The translations under genes and the position numbers were made by a program. DNA of 64,000 nt from Phycisphaerae bacterium (lineage in GTDB: Bacteria > Planctomycetota > Phycisphaerae > SM23-33): contig JADHXQ010000007.1 of assembly GCA_016782885.1 (NCBI GenBank), forward strand, positions 2,313 to 66,312, in the 5' to 3' direction. Shown piece after piece: positions 19,197 through 28,261 of this stretch; positions within the stretch are counted from its first letter, which is position 1, and every line of letters begins with the position of its first letter. The notes beneath the pieces were generated by a model. That model saw only the letters and a list, made by a program, of their open reading frames with translations. It did not search any database and was not told the origin of the DNA.

Positions 19197-20654
19197 TTAG
19201 CTCTCAAAATATACGCCGCCGGTCTCAAGGGCTTTTCTCAGTTCGGTATAGGGCAGGTCCCGCATGGCGCATTTTTTCGCCGCACAGAGCGCCGCGGCCG
19301 TTCCGGCGGCCTGGCCCTGGCCCATGCAGCATACAGTATTCCGCGTGGACATGTGGGCGCGATGATCGGAAGTGATCATCATCCCGGCGACCAGCAGGTT
19401 ATCGATCTTCGCTGCGCGGAGCGCCTTGTACGGAATCCCGTACGTGCCGCCGTTGGCGATCTGGTATCGCGGCGCACTGTCGTGAAAACCGTACACCATG
19501 ATGTCGTCGGCGAAGTGCCTGCCTCCGATCACGTCCTCGTGCGTTATGTCGTAGTCGCAGACAATCCGCCTCCCCCTCCGGATGCAGAGAGTAGGGCTGG
19601 TCCGGGCAATGAACGCCTTCTCGCATCCCGGGACGAATTTCCGCAGGACCTGTATAGCTTTGGCCTGTCGCTTCCGCAGTTCCAGCTCCGTCCTGGTCAC
19701 CGCGTCCCGGTCCGTCGGTTTGCCCGGTATCCGACAGTTCAGCTTGATGAACATGAAATAGTCGTCATGCACGGTTGTGATAACGACCGACATTCCGATT
19801 TTCCCAGCCGCCGCCCTGAACTCAGCGGGCAGCTTTCGCCCGTTGGCGTGCAGTCTGACGATCTTCCCGGGTTTACCGCTGCGCATACCCTCGCTGTACT
19901 CCTTTAAGGCGCCGGACGACTTGAGGAACTCGTGGTATTTCTCGACGCTCACATTGGCCACGCCGATGCTGTTGGCCACCGAGTAGTCATTCGGCTCGGT
20001 GTATTCCGCCCCGGCCCGTGCAGCCAGATCGCCGATCGCCGTGCAGTCGACGAACGATCCGGCGAAAATCGCTTCGCGCCCGGAGCGGCTTTCGGCGATA
20101 ACTCCCTTGATTCTCGAACCGTCCCTGATTGCATCGACCAGCATGGTCCCCACACACACGTGTACTCCGGACTCGACAAGCATCTCGAACGTAACCAGCT
20201 TGTACATTTCGGTGTCTATCGCGGTACACATCGAATCGTAGTTGAACCCCTTTGTCATCTCGGCGTGCCCGGTGGTGGCGCCGACCTTCGCGAGGCGGTC
20301 GATGATCTCCTGGGCGATCCCCTTGACGACCTGGCGTTTTTTTGCGTTTGGGAAAGCTTTCCATAGATTGTAGAAGCTGTGCAGGGCGGTCCCGCCTTCG
20401 GTGACGGTTCCGCCGGGGTATCCCTTCTTTTCGATCAGCACGGTTTTTGCCCCCTGGCGTGCCGACGCCAGCGCCGTAACCACACCGGCCGTGCCGCCAC
20501 CGGCCACGACGACATCACACTGCTTTACGGGCAGTTTTCTCGCCGGTTCCTGGTAGTAAGCCGCGGATTTATCGCTCGATGCTCCCTGTGCGGTAGCGGC
20601 ATGGACGCCTGCCCCAAGCATAACCATAGTCGATGAGAATTCCCGTCGATTCAT
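19197..20654 (-). CDS. TAT-exported FAD-dependent oxidoreductase
   Basis: AAAGGAG Shine-Dalgarno. TAT-like MNRREFSSTMVMLGAGVHAATAQGA signal. Rossmann motif VVVAGGGTAGVVTALASARQGAKTVLIEKKGYPGG. Confidence 0.75.
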   Translation of the reverse strand: MNRREFSSTMVMLGAGVHAATAQGASSDKSAAYYQEPARKLPVKQCDVVVAGGGTAGVVTALASARQGAKTVLIEKKGYPGGTVTEGGTALHSFYNLWKAFPNAKKRQVVKGIAQEIIDRLAKVGATTGHAEMTKGFNYDSMCTAIDTEMYKLVTFEMLVESGVHVCVGTMLVDAIRDGSRIKGVIAESRSGREAIFAGSFVDCTAIGDLAARAGAEYTEPNDYSVANSIGVANVSVEKYHEFLKSSGALKEYSEGMRSGKPGKIVRLHANGRKLPAEFRAAAGKIGMSVVITTVHDDYFMFIKLNCRIPGKPTDRDAVTRTELELRKRQAKAIQVLRKFVPGCEKAFIARTSPTLCIRRGRRIVCDYDITHEDVIGGRHFADDIMVYGFHDSAPRYQIANGGTYGIPYKALRAAKIDNLLVAGMMITSDHRAHMSTRNTVCCMGQGQAAGTAAALCAAKKCAMRDLPYTELRKALETGGVYFES

Positions 20655-20672
20655 AGTGTTCTCCTTTACGAT

Positions 20673-22118
20673 TCAATCTACAGACAAAACGCGCAGCGCC
20701 ACGTCGTTCGCGAATTCCGGCGACTTCAATATCGCATGACCGCCCTTGTGTGCGATCTCCTCGAACTGAATCGTCTTGCCCGTTTTGACGTTCACCCATT
20801 CGATGCGATATCGTCCGGCCGGGAGATCCAACACGAGTGTTGTCTTGACACGATCCTTCAGATAGTCGCGAATGTTCTTGGGCTTCTTTGGCAGCGGCAC
20901 GCGAATGTATATCGCATACGCCCTGCCCCGCCTCGCCAGCACGCGCGCCGACAGGCCGCCCGAAACGCTCTTGACGATCGAATTATCCGGCCTCATCCGA
21001 ACGAAATCAAAACTGTAGAGGAACTCCTTGAGGACGCGCAACTGCTTCCGCAGCGCCGGGCTTCCGCCACCGGGCGACTTGTAATTCAGCAGCGTCCCGC
21101 CGGGGTGTTTGGGGGTAAACGAGTAGTCGAGATTGTTGTACAGCCCCCCGCCGGCCAACAGGAAATCCCAGCCCTCGCTTCGATACAGGAAATTGTGACT
21201 TCCGCGGAAGCCCGTCTCGTTCTCTCCGATCACCTTTCCGAGCCCGTAGTTCATCGCCACCGTGTCCGGCGGAACGCAATAGTGGAAGTTGAATATCGAT
21301 ACTCCTTTGTGCGGTTTGACGACCTTCTTCTTGCCGTTGGCGATGTTCATCGAGATAAGATGCTTCTTGGGCAGATCGGCTTCCGTCCGGACAATCGTGT
21401 CGACAATGCGATTCTGCCACTCGACCGTCACGCCGCCGAAGTACGACTCGTTGCAGACTTCAAAGTAGAGGTTGTCGAACCCATTCAGTTCGGCGACTAT
21501 CTTCTTCGTGAAGCCCACCTGCAACTCGACCAGTCGCTTGTGCTTGAGGGTAAGCACTTCGGTGCGGCGGCACTTGCCGACTCCGTTAACGTTGTTGGCC
21601 GCATTCATCGGCGAGGCCCGCCACAACTCGTCGCGATAGAGAGGGCAGAACAACGTCATTTCCACAACGATACCGGCCTTGTCGGCGGCGGCCATGAGTT
21701 TCTTCAGGCGGGCGAAGTAGTTTGTATCCCACTTGGTCAGGTCGAATCTGTTGCCTCCGTCCGAACTGCCCTTAGTCCCGCTCCTGGCCCAGGGGCAAAT
21801 ATATCGCCCCGGTTTCGGCGCCAAAGGGTTATCGGTAATGCCAAACGAACCGGGCACCTCCCGGTACGTGCCGGAGAACACGCGGGTGTGGTTCAGCCTG
21901 TCCGCCCCCAGCGTCCGGAAGTAGCGAGCGTAGTCGAAATCGAGATTCAGCAGCGCCCCGTAATGCTCGCCCGAAGTTATCAGTATCGTCGGCTTGTCGC
22001 GCCAGAGAAAATAGTGCCCGTTATCCGGGTGCAGCATGATCGGCCTGCCCGCCTCGGCCGCCTCGAGCCCGCAAGCCAGCAGAGCACACATGATTCCAAC
22101 GTTCAGAGACTGCTTCAT
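20673..22118 (-). CDS. Secreted TIM-barrel glycoside-hydrolase-like protein (DUF4038/GH5-like)
   Basis: ATG at 22118 with a GAAAAGG Shine-Dalgarno gives signal peptide MKQSLNVGIMCALLACGLEAAEA. HPDNGHYFLWRDKPTILITSGEHYG resembles the N-terminal region of DUF4038-type hydrolases. The family assignment is tentative. Confidence 0.55.
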   Translation of the reverse strand: MKQSLNVGIMCALLACGLEAAEAGRPIMLHPDNGHYFLWRDKPTILITSGEHYGALLNLDFDYARYFRTLGADRLNHTRVFSGTYREVPGSFGITDNPLAPKPGRYICPWARSGTKGSSDGGNRFDLTKWDTNYFARLKKLMAAADKAGIVVEMTLFCPLYRDELWRASPMNAANNVNGVGKCRRTEVLTLKHKRLVELQVGFTKKIVAELNGFDNLYFEVCNESYFGGVTVEWQNRIVDTIVRTEADLPKKHLISMNIANGKKKVVKPHKGVSIFNFHYCVPPDTVAMNYGLGKVIGENETGFRGSHNFLYRSEGWDFLLAGGGLYNNLDYSFTPKHPGGTLLNYKSPGGGSPALRKQLRVLKEFLYSFDFVRMRPDNSIVKSVSGGLSARVLARRGRAYAIYIRVPLPKKPKNIRDYLKDRVKTTLVLDLPAGRYRIEWVNVKTGKTIQFEEIAHKGGHAILKSPEFANDVALRVLSVD

Positions 22119-22171
22119 AGCGTAAACCTTTTCATACAAAGAAAGTGCATCAGCCGTGATTCAAGTACTAA

Positions 22172-22251
22172 AATAGACTATCACGCCCGCCATGGAAAGG
22201 ACTCATATCATGTCGCCAAAGAGCATTCTTGCAGCTATCGCAGTCTCGCTG
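22172..22251. repeat. Left copy of an ~80 bp imperfect direct repeat (~80% identical to 26488-26567), including an orphan ATG plus signal-peptide-like start
   Basis: aatagactatcacgcccgccatggaaaggactcat...tatcgcagtctcgctg aligns with aatagactatcatacccgccatggaaaggaaccat...tatcgcagtctcgctg at 26488. This left copy encodes MERTHIMSPKSILAAIAVSL and then runs into a stop at 22330-22332, with no mature protein. Confidence 0.6.
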
Positions 22252-22561
22252 ATTAAGTTTATGGGGAGGTTTTGCGAGAACCTCCCATTCCGGGGGACAA
22301 GTTCCGGGAATCCCTCCTTCCCCCGTAGCTAACGTCTAAGCTCTGCGGCGCGGTCTTTACGCGTCCGCTGGAGCGTCTTGTTATGCTATTTAATCTGCAC
22401 TCAGTATCGCACGCTGCGGTCGGTTGTGTCAACTGCGGGTGGTGGTCGCCAAATAATCGTCTATCTAGCCCATCCAAACTGCGTGATCTCCCTGAACCAA
22501 CACACCTTTGACGGGCGTGGCAAGCCCAAGGATTCAGGACCGACCCCCAGTTTTCCCCAAT

Positions 22562-25285
22562 CTACTTTTCTTTCAACTTCTTTAGGAATAGATCCTTTGG
22601 CAGGTCATTGATTTCGCATGAGTCAGGCAGTTTCTCCAGAATCCCCACTAACTGGCGATCTGTCGGGTCGACTGTCAGTTTCAACTTACAGAATTTCGGC
22701 AATCGTAACAACTCTGCGGGATCCAGTTTGGTGTGGCGGATTTCGAGTGTTTCCAGGTTAGTCAGATCCGGAGGCAGCACCTTTATAGAGGTGTTGTTGA
22801 TCTTCAATTCCCTTAAAATACTACCCTTGATTCCAGAAAGGTCTGTGACCTTTGTTGATGATAAATCCAAGCGATGATAGCTTCGATCGGCAAGAGCAGC
22901 CAGGTCGGTGTCCGTAATCGCTATGCCGGCCAGGCCGAGGCTACCGAGGTTCGGTTGAGATGCAATAAACTCCAGAACGGCTTTCTTGGCAACGGCTGTG
23001 CCGCCGATTCCATTGGATATGTCAAGGCCCCAAAGCTTTGGCATCTCTTTCAGCGGCGTCAGGTCGGTCACTTTTGTATTGGATATGTCAAGCTCATTAA
23101 GAAAGTACATCCCTTTCAGCGGCGTCAGGTCGATCACTCCTGTATTGGATATGCCAAGCATCTGAAAATTGGACATCCCTTTCAGCGGCGTCAGGTCGGT
23201 CACTCCTGTATTCTGAAGGGAAAGCGACTCTATATGCGGCAGCTCTTTCAGCGGCGCCAGGTCGGTTACTCTTGTATTCTGAAGGTAAAGACCTTCAAGA
23301 TCGCGCAGCCCTTTCAGCGGCGTCAGGTCGGCCACTCCTGTTTCCTGAAGATCAAGCCACATTAGATATCGCATCCCGCTCAGCGGCGTCAGGTCGGTCA
23401 CTTTTGTATTGGATATGTCAAGGCCCGCAAGATAGGGCAGCCCTTTCAGCAGCGTCAGCAGCGTCGGGTCGGTCAGTCCTGTATTCTGAAGGTAAAGGTA
23501 CCTTAGCTTTGGCAGCCCTTTCAGCGGCGTCAGGTCGGTTGCTTTTGTATTGGATATGTCAAGCGACCAAAGCTTCGGCAGCCCTTTCAGCGGTGTCAGG
23601 TCGGCCACTGTTGTATTGGATATGTCAAGCTTATCAAGATTGGGCAGCCCTTTCAGCGGCGTCAGGTCGGTCACTCGTGTATTGGATATGTCAAGCACGT
23701 GAAGATAGCGCATTCCTTTCAGCGGCGTCAGGTCGGTCGCTCCTGTATTGGATATGTCAAGGTTATAAAGATCGGACATCCCTTTCAGCGGCGTCAGGTC
23801 GGTCACTCCCGTATTCTGAAGGTGAAGCTGCCTTAGATGCCGCAGCCCTTTCAGTGGCGTCAGGTCGGCCACTTTTGTATTTTGAAGGTAAAGATCCCTA
23901 AGCCCTGGCAGCCCTTCCAGCGGCGTCAGGTCAGTCACTTTTGTATTTTGAAGGTAAAGATCCCTTAGATTTGGCAGCCCCTTCAGCGGCGTCAGGTCGG
24001 CCACCATTCTATTTTGAAGGTAAAGATCCCTAAGCCGTAGCATCCCTTTCAGCGGCGTCAGGTCGGTCACTTTTGTATTGTGAAGGTAAAGATCCTGAAG
24101 ATTTGGCATCCCTTTCAGCGGCGTCAGGTCGGCCACTCTTGTATTTTGAAGGTAAAGATCCTGAAGATTTGGCAGCCCTTTCAGCGGCGTCAGGTCGGTC
24201 ACTCCTGTATTCTGAAGATAAAGCCTCCGTAGGTTTGGCATCCCTTTCAGCTGCGGCAGGTCGGTCACTCCTGCTTCCTGAAGATCAAGAGAACTAAGTT
24301 GAGGCAGCCCTTGCAGGCTGGTCAATTTTGTATTCTGAAGGTGAAGATCCCTAAGCCTTGGCAGCCCTTGCAGGCTGGTCACTTTTGTATTCTGAAGGTA
24401 AAGCCTCTCTAGTTTTGGCGCCTCTTTCAGCGGCGTCAGGTCGGTCACTTCTGTATTCTCAAGATAAAGCCTCTTTAGGTTTGGCAGTCCTTTCAGCGGC
24501 GTCAGGTCGGTTACTTTTGTATCCTCAAGGACAAGACTCTCTAGTTTTGGCAGCCCTTTCAGCGGCGTCAGGTCGGTCACTAAAGTATAATTGAGGTGGA
24601 GCGATTCCAGATTCGCCAGTGTCCCGAGACCGGTGATGTTTGTCCAAGACCCCGTTAGTGTCAGTGCTTCTGGTTCAAGAGTGAGAATCAGGTTAATTGC
24701 TCCTGTCCTGTTCTTTGGTGTGATTGGATCATCCAGAAGAAGAAGAGACAGTTCAACGATGGGCTTAACCCGTAACTCCGTGAGTTGGTCCGGCCGCCCC
24801 ATGAATCCCAAGTCTTCGAATTCTTTTTCATAGCACCTGGAGCATTCATCGATGTCGGTGGTCCACCCTTTGTCTGGAAGCCGCCACCTTCCCTTCATAA
24901 ATATGATGAGCTTCCGCAAGGACATCTTAACCTCGCCGTTGGCGTTTCGGGCATTTTCTTTGGTCAGCTCAGGAATATCCCGCTTCCGTACAAACGTATC
25001 CCGAAGCTCGGCATAGGCGGCCTGCCGATTTTCGAGTGATTCGTCAGCGAGTTGCTTAATAAGGGCTTGAACCCTTGCCTTCCGTTCGGGCTCATCAACC
25101 GTGACTGCAGGCGGCGTGACTACAGGGGCGGGCTTTGTAGCGGGCGTGGGTTTTGTCGGTTCTTCCGGCGTCTCGGGCTGCTCTTCGTTCGGGGAGCTAC
25201 ATCCGCACAAGAAAGCAGACAGCATGACAACCACGCAACCTATCGTCAACGTCACTCCCCGCAATTTCTTTATATTCTCAATCAT
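22562..25285 (-). CDS. Leucine-rich-repeat lipoprotein (about 25 tandem 22-aa LRRs, internalin-like) with a C-terminal non-repeat domain
   Basis: Signal plus lipobox-like MLSAFLCGCSS. Dozens of TDLTPLKGLPNLxxLYLQNTKV units. The C-terminal ~150 aa are non-repetitive. Confidence 0.8.
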   Translation of the reverse strand: MIENIKKLRGVTLTIGCVVVMLSAFLCGCSSPNEEQPETPEEPTKPTPATKPAPVVTPPAVTVDEPERKARVQALIKQLADESLENRQAAYAELRDTFVRKRDIPELTKENARNANGEVKMSLRKLIIFMKGRWRLPDKGWTTDIDECSRCYEKEFEDLGFMGRPDQLTELRVKPIVELSLLLLDDPITPKNRTGAINLILTLEPEALTLTGSWTNITGLGTLANLESLHLNYTLVTDLTPLKGLPKLESLVLEDTKVTDLTPLKGLPNLKRLYLENTEVTDLTPLKEAPKLERLYLQNTKVTSLQGLPRLRDLHLQNTKLTSLQGLPQLSSLDLQEAGVTDLPQLKGMPNLRRLYLQNTGVTDLTPLKGLPNLQDLYLQNTRVADLTPLKGMPNLQDLYLHNTKVTDLTPLKGMLRLRDLYLQNRMVADLTPLKGLPNLRDLYLQNTKVTDLTPLEGLPGLRDLYLQNTKVADLTPLKGLRHLRQLHLQNTGVTDLTPLKGMSDLYNLDISNTGATDLTPLKGMRYLHVLDISNTRVTDLTPLKGLPNLDKLDISNTTVADLTPLKGLPKLWSLDISNTKATDLTPLKGLPKLRYLYLQNTGLTDPTLLTLLKGLPYLAGLDISNTKVTDLTPLSGMRYLMWLDLQETGVADLTPLKGLRDLEGLYLQNTRVTDLAPLKELPHIESLSLQNTGVTDLTPLKGMSNFQMLGISNTGVIDLTPLKGMYFLNELDISNTKVTDLTPLKEMPKLWGLDISNGIGGTAVAKKAVLEFIASQPNLGSLGLAGIAITDTDLAALADRSYHRLDLSSTKVTDLSGIKGSILRELKINNTSIKVLPPDLTNLETLEIRHTKLDPAELLRLPKFCKLKLTVDPTDRQLVGILEKLPDSCEINDLPKDLFLKKLKEK
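22990..24600. repeat. Tandem ~66 bp DNA repeats encoding the LRR array
   Basis: Recurring cctttcagcggcgtcaggtcggtcac... units. The plus-strand ORFs here (23272..23901 and others) are antisense artefacts of the repeats. Confidence 0.6.
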
Positions 25286-25520
25286 TTTGTCCTTTGCATA
25301 ACAACTTAGTCTGGCTCATGATCGCTGGCGCAGGGTTTCTGTGTACTTTCGGGGCCTTTTCCCTGTCCGAAACTTGCCAGTTCGCAGCTTCTCATAACCC
25401 CGTCCCCTTATTTATAGATGCTCATTCCAGCTATAACAAGCACAAAATAGAATAGTTAGGGATGAACCCTCTCTGTTTCGGGCAATTTCCGGCACTACGC
25501 AACTGAGACAGAAAAATAAC

Positions 25521-25549
25521 TTGTTTGTTAGGTCTTTGTACGGTACAAT
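25521..25549 (+). promoter_or_regulatory. Sigma-70-like promoter (TTGTTT-N17-TACAAT) upstream of the integrase gene, in an AT-rich spacer
   Basis: -35 and -10 hexamers with 17-nt spacing. The 25286-25568 spacer has clearly lower GC than its surroundings. Confidence 0.3.
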
Positions 25550-25598
25550 ACCTTATGTCTCATGATCAGTGGCACGAGATTCCAATAAGCGGTGCGGC

Positions 25599-26492
25599 AT
25601 GAACAAACTGGACAAGATCCTGGACGAGTATCACAAGTACCTTATGTTTCGCAAATTATGCAAAGCCGAGCATGCTCCGTACCTCGTCCGCTGGGCCAAG
25701 CAATTCCTCCGGTTCGCAAAGGGCAAGACCGGCCACAAATTCGAGACAGTGATCGAAATGTTCAGGTGTCACCTGGAGCAGAATCCGAGGATCACGGACT
25801 GGCAGATACGCCAGGCAATTGATGCTGTGATCATCTACAAGCACCAGTTCAGGCAGAGCCAGTTTCCCGACGCCCCTTCGTCCGGCTTGGGGCTGGATGC
25901 TAAGGCGACCCTGGAAAAGGCCAGACAGTTTGCATCCCTCAAGAGGTACGCCAGATCGACCCGCAAGACTTATCTAGCGTGGATACGCCGATTTCTCCAT
26001 TGGCTCAGCCAGTCGGGCGTGGACCGCAAGCCCACGGATGAAGACATCAAAGGTTTCCTGACTCGTCTTGCGATGAAAGAGGGCCGTTCCGCATCGGCGC
26101 AGAATCAGGCGTTCTCCGCGCTGCTGTTCCTGTGTCGCAATGTCATAGACGTCGATCTGCATGATATGTCGAAGAATGTCAGGGCAAAGAGGTACAGGCC
26201 GTTGCCAACGGTCCTGTCACCCGACGAGGTCAGAAGGATCATCGACAATGCTGAACCGAAGTACCGGCTCATGGTCAGGCTGATTTACGGAACGGGCATG
26301 AGGAAGATGGAACTGCTGAGATTGCGCGTCAAGGATGTCAACTTCGAATACGCCAACATCTTCGTCCGGGACGGCAAGGGCAATAAGGACCGGGCCGTAA
26401 CATACTGCTTCCCCATCACCGCACACAACCGACGCTCGCCAGTCTCCCGCTCGGATCAGTATCAGTCAAGCGTGACTCATATACCAGAATAG
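25599..26492 (+). pseudogene. Integron-integrase-like tyrosine recombinase, 3'-truncated after the box I region (catalytic His/Arg/Tyr region missing)
   Basis: N-terminal SAM-like modules, then SASAQNQAFSALLFLCRNV, RLIYGTGMRKMELLRLRVKD and FVRDGKGNKDRAV, which closely parallel IntI1 (ASTQNQALSALLFLYREVL, RLLYGTGMRISEGLQLRVKD, REGKGSKDRAL). The reading frame ends ~35 aa later, about 200 aa before where box II and the catalytic Tyr would lie. The next gene starts 16 nt downstream. Confidence 0.6.
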
Positions 26493-26567
26493 ACTATCAT
26501 ACCCGCCATGGAAAGGAACCATCTCATAGTGCCAAAATGTATTCTCGCCGGTATCGCAGTCTCGCTG
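26488..26567. repeat. Right copy of the ~80 bp imperfect direct repeat (partner of 22172-22251), covering the RBS and signal-peptide start of the 26508 gene
   Basis: See the alignment under the left copy. Here the ATG at 26508 continues into a full-length lipoprotein. Confidence 0.6.
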
Positions 26568-27353
26568 TGCTTTTGCGGATGCGCCGCCGACAGCGGAACC
26601 ATCGAGCTTGTCGATTATCACGTTCATCTCAAAGGCGGTTTGACTCTTCCCGAAGCCATCGCAATGTCGAAAGAAAACGGTATCAAGTACGGCATCGCGC
26701 CTAATTGCGGGCTGGGATTCCCCGTGACCGACGACAAGGGCCTGCGCGAGTATGTCGCCGGCGTGAAGGGCAAGGGCGTCTACGTCGGCATGCAGGCCGA
26801 AGGCAGGGAATGGGTGACGCTGTTCTCGCCCGAAGCCATCGCCGAGTTTGACTACGTATTCTCTGACGCCCTTACCTGGCGCGACCACAAGGGCAGGCGC
26901 ATGCGCCTGTGGGTGCAGAAGGAAGTGGTCATCGACGACAAGCAGCAGTTTATGGACATGTACGTCGACCGGATCGTCTGGATCATCGACAACGAACCGA
27001 TCGACATCTTCGTCAACCCTACGTTTCTTCCGAAGGCGATCGCCGGAGAATACGACAGCCTCTGGACCGAGCCCCGGATGAAGCGCGTTGTCGACGCGGC
27101 CGCCAAGAACGGCGTCGCCATTGAGATCAATGCCAAACTCAAGCTGCCGAAGGAAGCATTCATAAAGAAAGCAAAAGCGGCGGGCGTGAAGTTCGCCTTC
27201 GGGACGAACAACGGCAACCGAAATCTGGGCAAACTGGAATATTGCCGGGCAATGATCGCCAAATGCGGGCTGACTCCCCGGAACATGTTCACGCCGAAAG
27301 GCGACGGCAAGAAAGCCATTCAACTCAAGAAGCTGCCTAAACTGAAGTACTGA
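26508..27353 (+). CDS. Lipoprotein, putative metal-dependent hydrolase (PHP/amidohydrolase-like TIM barrel)
   Basis: Lipobox SLCFCGCAADS. VDYHVHLKGG resembles the metal-binding His-x-His start of PHP/amidohydrolase folds. The assignment is tentative. Confidence 0.5.
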   Translation: MERNHLIVPKCILAGIAVSLCFCGCAADSGTIELVDYHVHLKGGLTLPEAIAMSKENGIKYGIAPNCGLGFPVTDDKGLREYVAGVKGKGVYVGMQAEGREWVTLFSPEAIAEFDYVFSDALTWRDHKGRRMRLWVQKEVVIDDKQQFMDMYVDRIVWIIDNEPIDIFVNPTFLPKAIAGEYDSLWTEPRMKRVVDAAAKNGVAIEINAKLKLPKEAFIKKAKAAGVKFAFGTNNGNRNLGKLEYCRAMIAKCGLTPRNMFTPKGDGKKAIQLKKLPKLKY

Positions 27354-27373
27354 CACATTTGGGAGACACGAAA

Positions 27374-28261
27374 ATGGAACGACGAGATATTCTGAAAGGT
27401 TCGCTGGCCGCGGCGGGGATCGCTGCTCTGGGCGCCACGCCGGTAATGGGCGACAGGGCCATTAAGCCTCCGAAAGCAAAGCTGCGAATCTGCAGCCGGG
27501 AAGGATGCATACCGGGCAAAACGCTGAAGGAGAAAGTCGACAATCTGCAGAAATGGGGCGCAGCGGCCGTGGAGTTGAACGGGGGGAACCTGGCTGGGCG
27601 GAAGAAGGAGATCACCGATGCCCTGAAAGGCACGACGATCAAGGTCGGAGCCATTTGCGGCGGGTATTCCGGCGTGCTGATCTCGCCCGACAAGACTGAA
27701 CGGGACAAAGCGATATCGACACTGAAAGAAACCCTTACCGCCGCCGCCGAGTGGGGCGCAGCGGGTGTTATCGCCGTGCCCGCCTTCAATCATCACAAGC
27801 AGCTCGTCGGCAAGGAAGCCCGCGCCGCGCTGATCGAATCGCTGAAACCGATCGGCGAACACGGAGCCAAGGTCGGCGTGCCGGTGATGCTGGAGCCTCT
27901 GAACCGAAAGGAGGCGTACTTCCTGCGCCAACTGGCGGACGCCGCGTCGATCTGCCGCGACGTCGGCAACCCCGGTGCGGCGATGATGGGCGACTTCTAC
28001 CACATGTACTTCGAAGAGACCTCCGACCAGGGAGCGTTCATGTCGGGGGGCAAGTATCTCCGTCACGTGCATCTCGGCAGCATCAAGCGCAAACTGCCCG
28101 GGCAGGACGCCCGCAGCTTCGTCGACGGATTCCGGGGCCTCAAGCGAATCGGATACCAGGGATGCGTCAGCCTCGAGTGCGGATGCATCGGTAAGAAAGA
28201 GGTCGAGATTCCAAAATCCTTCCGCTTCCTCGAGAAACAGTGGGCCGAGGCCACGATATGA
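27374..28261 (+). CDS. TAT-exported sugar phosphate isomerase/epimerase (xylose isomerase-like TIM barrel)
   Basis: ATG at 27374 with a GGGAG Shine-Dalgarno. MERRDILKGSLAAAGIAALGA TAT signal. Xylose-isomerase-like TIM-barrel signatures (GAAAVELNGG...AICGGYSG...PVMLEPLNRKEAYF...GDFYHMYFEE). Confidence 0.8.
   Translation: MERRDILKGSLAAAGIAALGATPVMGDRAIKPPKAKLRICSREGCIPGKTLKEKVDNLQKWGAAAVELNGGNLAGRKKEITDALKGTTIKVGAICGGYSGVLISPDKTERDKAISTLKETLTAAAEWGAAGVIAVPAFNHHKQLVGKEARAALIESLKPIGEHGAKVGVPVMLEPLNRKEAYFLRQLADAASICRDVGNPGAAMMGDFYHMYFEETSDQGAFMSGGKYLRHVHLGSIKRKLPGQDARSFVDGFRGLKRIGYQGCVSLECGCIGKKEVEIPKSFRFLEKQWAEATI

Noticed and set aside
22990-24600. Regularly spaced ~66 bp direct repeats that could be mistaken for a CRISPR-like array
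   Set aside because: The repeats are imperfect, contiguous with no unique spacers, and in-frame coding for 22-aa leucine-rich repeats. No cas genes are nearby.
25569-25598. The upstream extension of the integrase ORF (MARDSNKRCG...)
   Set aside because: The MNKLDKILDEY start at 25599 aligns with the N-terminus of integron integrases and follows the predicted promoter. The extension is unnecessary.
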